A stretch of DNA of 64,000 nt from Octopus sinensis (Eukaryota): positions 21,328,001-21,392,000 of the forward strand of contig NC_043014.1 in the NCBI RefSeq assembly GCF_006345805.1, written 5' to 3'. The stretch's first letter is position 1, and every line of letters begins with the position of its first letter. Below are positions 58,112 to 64,000 of this stretch, piece by piece. Both the position numbers and the translations under genes were made by a program. The notes under the pieces were generated by a model. That model had not been told where the DNA came from, did not search any database, and saw only the letters and a list, made by a program, of their open reading frames with translations.

Positions 58112-58218
58112 ATTTCTTATACGATGCACCGTTTCATCTACTGTTTAATGGTAAACTAACCTGGTTAAATTAAATCAAGCCAATCTTCCATAGGCCCTTA
58201 GAATCATCAGTAAGAAAT
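58112..58218 (-). ncRNA. Type I hammerhead ribozyme, unit 1
   Basis: ATTTCTTA CTGATGA TTCTA...TAGAT GAAAC GG TGCA TC GTA TAAGAAAT, with an 8-bp helix I. Confidence 0.8.
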
Positions 58219-58596
58219 AGCCAAGTCGGAACAGATATTTTCACGAGGCATTTCCGTCCCTGCCTCGGCAATATCTGACCTAAAATTTTCAATCATCGCA
58301 CTCGCGCCAAATTTATCGGCAGCAAATAAATATAAGCTGCCGATTCCATTACGGAATTAACCAGAAAATTCATAATTAATCAATATAGGTGGCAAAAAAT
58401 TTTGTAGAATTTTTTTGCCACCAGCGCCTAGTGGGAAAAAAATTAAATAGTCATAGACCATTTTTAAGTTCAACATCAACAATCAAGGAACGGCCATAAT
58501 AGGCCATTCACCCACTAGAAATAACAGCCAAAGCTTCAACCGCAAATAACATCAATTCCGTAAACCAGGAGAAAATTAAAAAACATTTACCCTGTA

Positions 58597-58701
58597 ATTT
58601 CTTATACGATGCACCGTTTCATCTACTGTTTAATGGTAACTAACCTGATTAATTAAATCAAGCCAATCTTCCATAGGCCCTTAGAATCATCAGTAAGAAA
58701 T
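58597..58701 (-). ncRNA. Type I hammerhead ribozyme, unit 2
   Basis: Same motif 485 bp from unit 1. Confidence 0.8.
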
Positions 58702-59240
58702 AGCCAAGTCGGAACAGATATTTTCACGAGGCATTTCCGTCCCTGCCTCGGCAATATCTGACCTAAAATTTTCAAATCATCGCACTCGCGCCAAATTTAT
58801 CGGCGGCAATAAATATAAGCCGCCGATTCCATTACGGAATTAACCAGAAAATTCATAATTAATCATATAGGGTGGCAAAAAATTTTGTAGAATTTTTTTG
58901 CCACCAGCGGCTAGTGGGAAAAAATTAAATAGTCATAGACCATTTTTAAGTTCAACATCAACAATCAAGGAACGGCCATAATAGGCCATTCACCCACTAG
59001 AAATAACAGCCAAAGCTTCAACCGCAAATAACATCAATTCCGTAAACCAGGAGAAAATTTTAAAAAAACATATATTGATTAATTATGAATTTTCTGGTTA
59101 ATTCCGTAATGGAATCGGCGGCTTATATTTATTTGCTGCCGATAAATTTGGCGCGAGTGCGATGATTTGAAAATTTTAGGTCAGATATTGCCGAGGCAGG
59201 GACGGAAATGCCTCGTGAAAATATCTGTTCCGACTTGGCT

Positions 59241-59346
59241 ATTTCTTACTGATGATTCTAAGGCCTATGGAAGATTGGCTTGATTTAATTTAATCAGGTT
59301 AGTTTACCATTAAACAGTAGATGAAACGGTGCATCGTATAAGAAAT
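59241..59346 (+). ncRNA. Type I hammerhead ribozyme, inverted unit
   Basis: CTGATGA 59249-59255, GAAAC 59323-59327, GTA 59336-59338, helix I 59241-59248/59339-59346. Confidence 0.8.
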
Positions 59347-59463
59347 TACAGGGTAAATGTTTTTTAATTTTCTCCTGGTTTACGGAATTGATGTTATTTG
59401 CGGTTGAAGCTTTGGCTGTTATTTCTAGTGGTGAATGGCCTATTATGGCCGTTCCTTGATTGT

Positions 59464-59509
<46 letters not shown>

Positions 59510-59511
59510 TA

Positions 59512-61130
<1,619 letters not shown>

Positions 61131-62038
61131 CAGTCAAGTATACCAGAAGTCCTTACTGTTTCGGGCAGTTACACTTGAGACAGTTCGATCTGGTTGCCCC
61201 CCAAAAATTTTCAGCTAAGTGCATTAGACTTTTTTGTAAGAAAGCTAGCGAATGTGTACGGCGACAAATTCAAAAAACGGAGAACATGGTACACAATTAC
61301 AAATACAAACAACAAGAATATAACAACAGGTGTCTTTCGACCGAGAACGAATCAAATTGAACTGGCGTGTATGAAGTGAAAGCCTAAAGGCAGGAACATA
61401 GAAGATGGACATAAGAGGTGTTGGCGGTCGGCAGTCTGGCCAAGAAAGAAAGATCATGGCTGGCCGGACACCGGTCACGTGGAAGGAAGAGAGAGTGGGA
61501 GAGGCAGCGAGATTGAAGGATTAAAAAAAAATCAGAGACAAAGGGAAGGTACAGGGGAGATAAACGAGGAGGAAAAGTGGGAGTTAAGGAAAGAGAGGGC
61601 CAAGAAATGTGAGAAAGAAAGGGGTAGCAAGAAAAAGAAAAGGGGAAGAAAGTATGAAGGTGACTAAAAGATAGAGTAAGAGTCGCACAAAATTTAGAAA
61701 CATGCCTACTATAAGGTAAGCACAAGTGTGTTCGTACGCTGCTATATGTATATACAACAGGCTTCTTTCATTTTCCGTCAACCAACTTCGCTTACAAGAA
61801 TTTGGTTGGCCCGAGGCTATAGTAGAAGACACTTGCTTAAGGTGCCATGCAGTAGGACTGAACCCAGAAACATACACATATATATATATATATTTGAATT
61901 TCATCTAGTTTCAGCTCACGAGCTGTGGCCATGCTGGGGCACGGCCATTTGGTGTTACTACATAAATTTACTTCACGAATGCTTTTTAGCAATTGACATT
62001 TGGTGCATCAGTGTTTGATGCAGCTGCCCTCATCTGCA

Positions 62039-62116
<78 letters not shown>

Positions 62117-62604
62117 ATGCATTAAAACTCGTCCGTACATATCTATATATATATGTATGCATATATATATATGTATGTGTGTGTGTGTGTGCCTGTCTGT
62201 CTGTCTGCCTGTCTGTCTGTGTCTGCGTTTGTGTGCGCGTGTGTGCCTTTGTGTTTCGTTTGTCCTCTGCCACTGCTTGCCAAATGATGTTGGTTTGTTT
62301 GTGTTCCCGCATCTTAGCGATTCGACAAAAGTGACCGATAAAATAAGTCCCAGGCATTAAAAAAATAAGTACTGGGTTCGATCCATTCGAAAAAGCCCTT
62401 CAAAGCAGTGCCCCTGCATGGCCGCGGTTCAGTGAGTGAAACAGGTAGAAGATAAACGATTAAATACAAGAGTTGTCCTAGGCTTAAACATTTTATTTAA
62501 TTACGATCGAAAAATCCCGTTCCCTCTGAAAAATCTAATATTCCCATAAACCCTCTTAATATTTGCCTTGCGAGCCCACAACGCCCCTAAGGAGAGGTTA
62601 ACGC

Positions 62605-62957
62605 CAGGGTTAGATTAAGACCAATAGAAGCTCTAAGCACTTAAAAGATTTTAGTGTCCCCATATATATGTAATTCAAAATATAAACAATAATAAACCAT
62701 GATTATTTTTTCTCAAAATAAGATAAAATGAGATAAAAGATGGAAAATAATATATATTTTTGTATATTTCTATTCTATTTATACTTGAAAAGTTTTCTCC
62801 AACTTTTTTTAATTGCCAAGTCTTTGATCAGATCCTCACTATGACACCATGAACACTTCGAAATTACATTTCCAATTATATGAGTATTATTTTAGCAAGT
62901 TTAAAGTGTTTTCTTTTGTGCCGTAAACCATTCATCATTTCTGTTAATCCAGCGCCA
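62605..62957 (-). mobile_element. hAT-derived internally deleted element
   Basis: Ends CAGGGTTAGATTAA / TTAATCCAGCGCC resemble CAGGGCCGGATTAA-type hAT TIRs; residual C-terminal coding trace. Confidence 0.4.
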
Positions 62958-64000
62958 TATTAAGTCCTTGAAACCTACCACAAAATGCTATGATAGTCAT
63001 GGCTGGAACGTCTTTCATCATAAGTCAGCTAGTCGCGAATGACCCGCAACTACAGGAGAGGTGATATAATTATTAATGATGACATATTCATGATAGTTGA
63101 TGGTTTGGGGGGATTTTGTTTTTTTGTTTTTTGTCTTTTTTCAGTTTTCAGTCCAACCACGACTAGCCTATTGTCTTAAGAGTACCTCGGACTACGACAA
63201 CTAATATGTCCGTTCTCTCTTAGGAAACTATGGTGTTAATTGAGGTAAATTGACTGCTAATTATGGAAGATCGAAAGAAGGGTAATGGCACCTCGTTGTC
63301 TCATCATTCTTCATTGTGGTGATAATGGCGGCGGTGGCGGTAGTGCTAGTTGTAATAATAGACTGCAATAGTAATATAATAGTAGTGATGGTGATAGTAG
63401 TTGTGATAGTAGGTTGTAATAGTAACTGTAATAGTAGTGGTTATGATGGTATTGGTCGTGTGGTGGTGGTCGAGGTCGTGTTGGTTGTGATGCTGATGGT
63501 TGTGCAGCTGCCGATTGTGGTGGTGGTGCTGCTGCTGCTGTTGCTACTGCTGCTGGTTGTGATGATGGTAGTCGTTGCCATGTGGTAGCGGTTGTGATAA
63601 TGATCTGTAATAGTGGTGATATTAGAGACGCTGATAGTTATATTAGTGGTAATCTGGTTGTGGTTATGGTTATGATAATGGTTATTGTTGTTGTCGGAAA
63701 GGTGGTGGTGCTGGTGAGGTAGTTATCGGCAAACGGTGAGGTGAGCTGGGCTGGGCCTCACGGTACAACCAACCATTCCGCTTGGGGATCGCCTATCTCA
63801 CTGAAGTTTCTGCACTTGATTCTCTTTCATTCTTCCTCATGCCACTGTCAATGGCATCAAACGTTCAAACTTGATGAGTCGTCCTCCTCCGTCTCCATCA
63901 CCTACACCTCCTCATTATTCTCTTTCTCTTATTTGCTCCTCCTCATCATACCTCTACTGCTGCTGCTACTACTACCACTACTACTTCTTCACAACTTCAT

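Larger units (their letters stand above)
57890..59467. repeat. 485-bp tandem array (2.4 units) plus one inverted unit, retrozyme/pLTR-like
   Basis: Units ~57890-58375, 58376-58858 and 58859-59070 (partial); inverted copy ~59072-59467; flanked by (TA)n. Confidence 0.9.

Noticed and set aside
61150-61222. Minus-strand GGGCA..TGCCC GAAAC AGTA hammerhead-like motif
   Set aside because: The upstream core reads CTGAAAATTTTT, not CUGANGA adjacent to helix II; at best a decayed relic

Overview
Eukaryotic, AT-rich, microsatellite-saturated intergenic or intronic DNA. The SINE families and repeat content point to a coleoid cephalopod, probably Octopus (inference). No intact host protein-coding gene is supportable, and most listed ORFs are translations of simple repeats. 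The window is a graveyard of transposons: Penelope-like elements (PLEs), a CR1/L2 LINE, several R4/Dong LINEs, a HERO-type LINE, an RTE tail, mariner/Tc1 and hAT/hATm-like DNA transposons, and several tRNA-SINE families. The most notable signal is an unusually dense and varied set of hammerhead-ribozyme (HHR) motifs. (i) Two sequence-unrelated motifs have their three core strands in a non-circularly permuted order (NUH strand, then GAAA strand, then CUGAUGA strand). One is in the 3' UTR of the HERO LINE (20346-20410, minus) and one is in a PLE-like terminal repeat (59865-59934, plus); both have the same extended helix III. (ii) A 485-bp tandem plus inverted retrozyme-like array (57890-59467) carries one type I HHR per unit and a covarying hairpin. 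(iii) Further type I HHRs lie at 49.1 and 53.2/53.8 kb, with long helix II and in some cases a U.U pair at 10.1/11.1. (iv) Minimal CCGAAGA-A variants sit in PLE tails. All ribozyme calls are by-eye pairings and need folding and cleavage tests.
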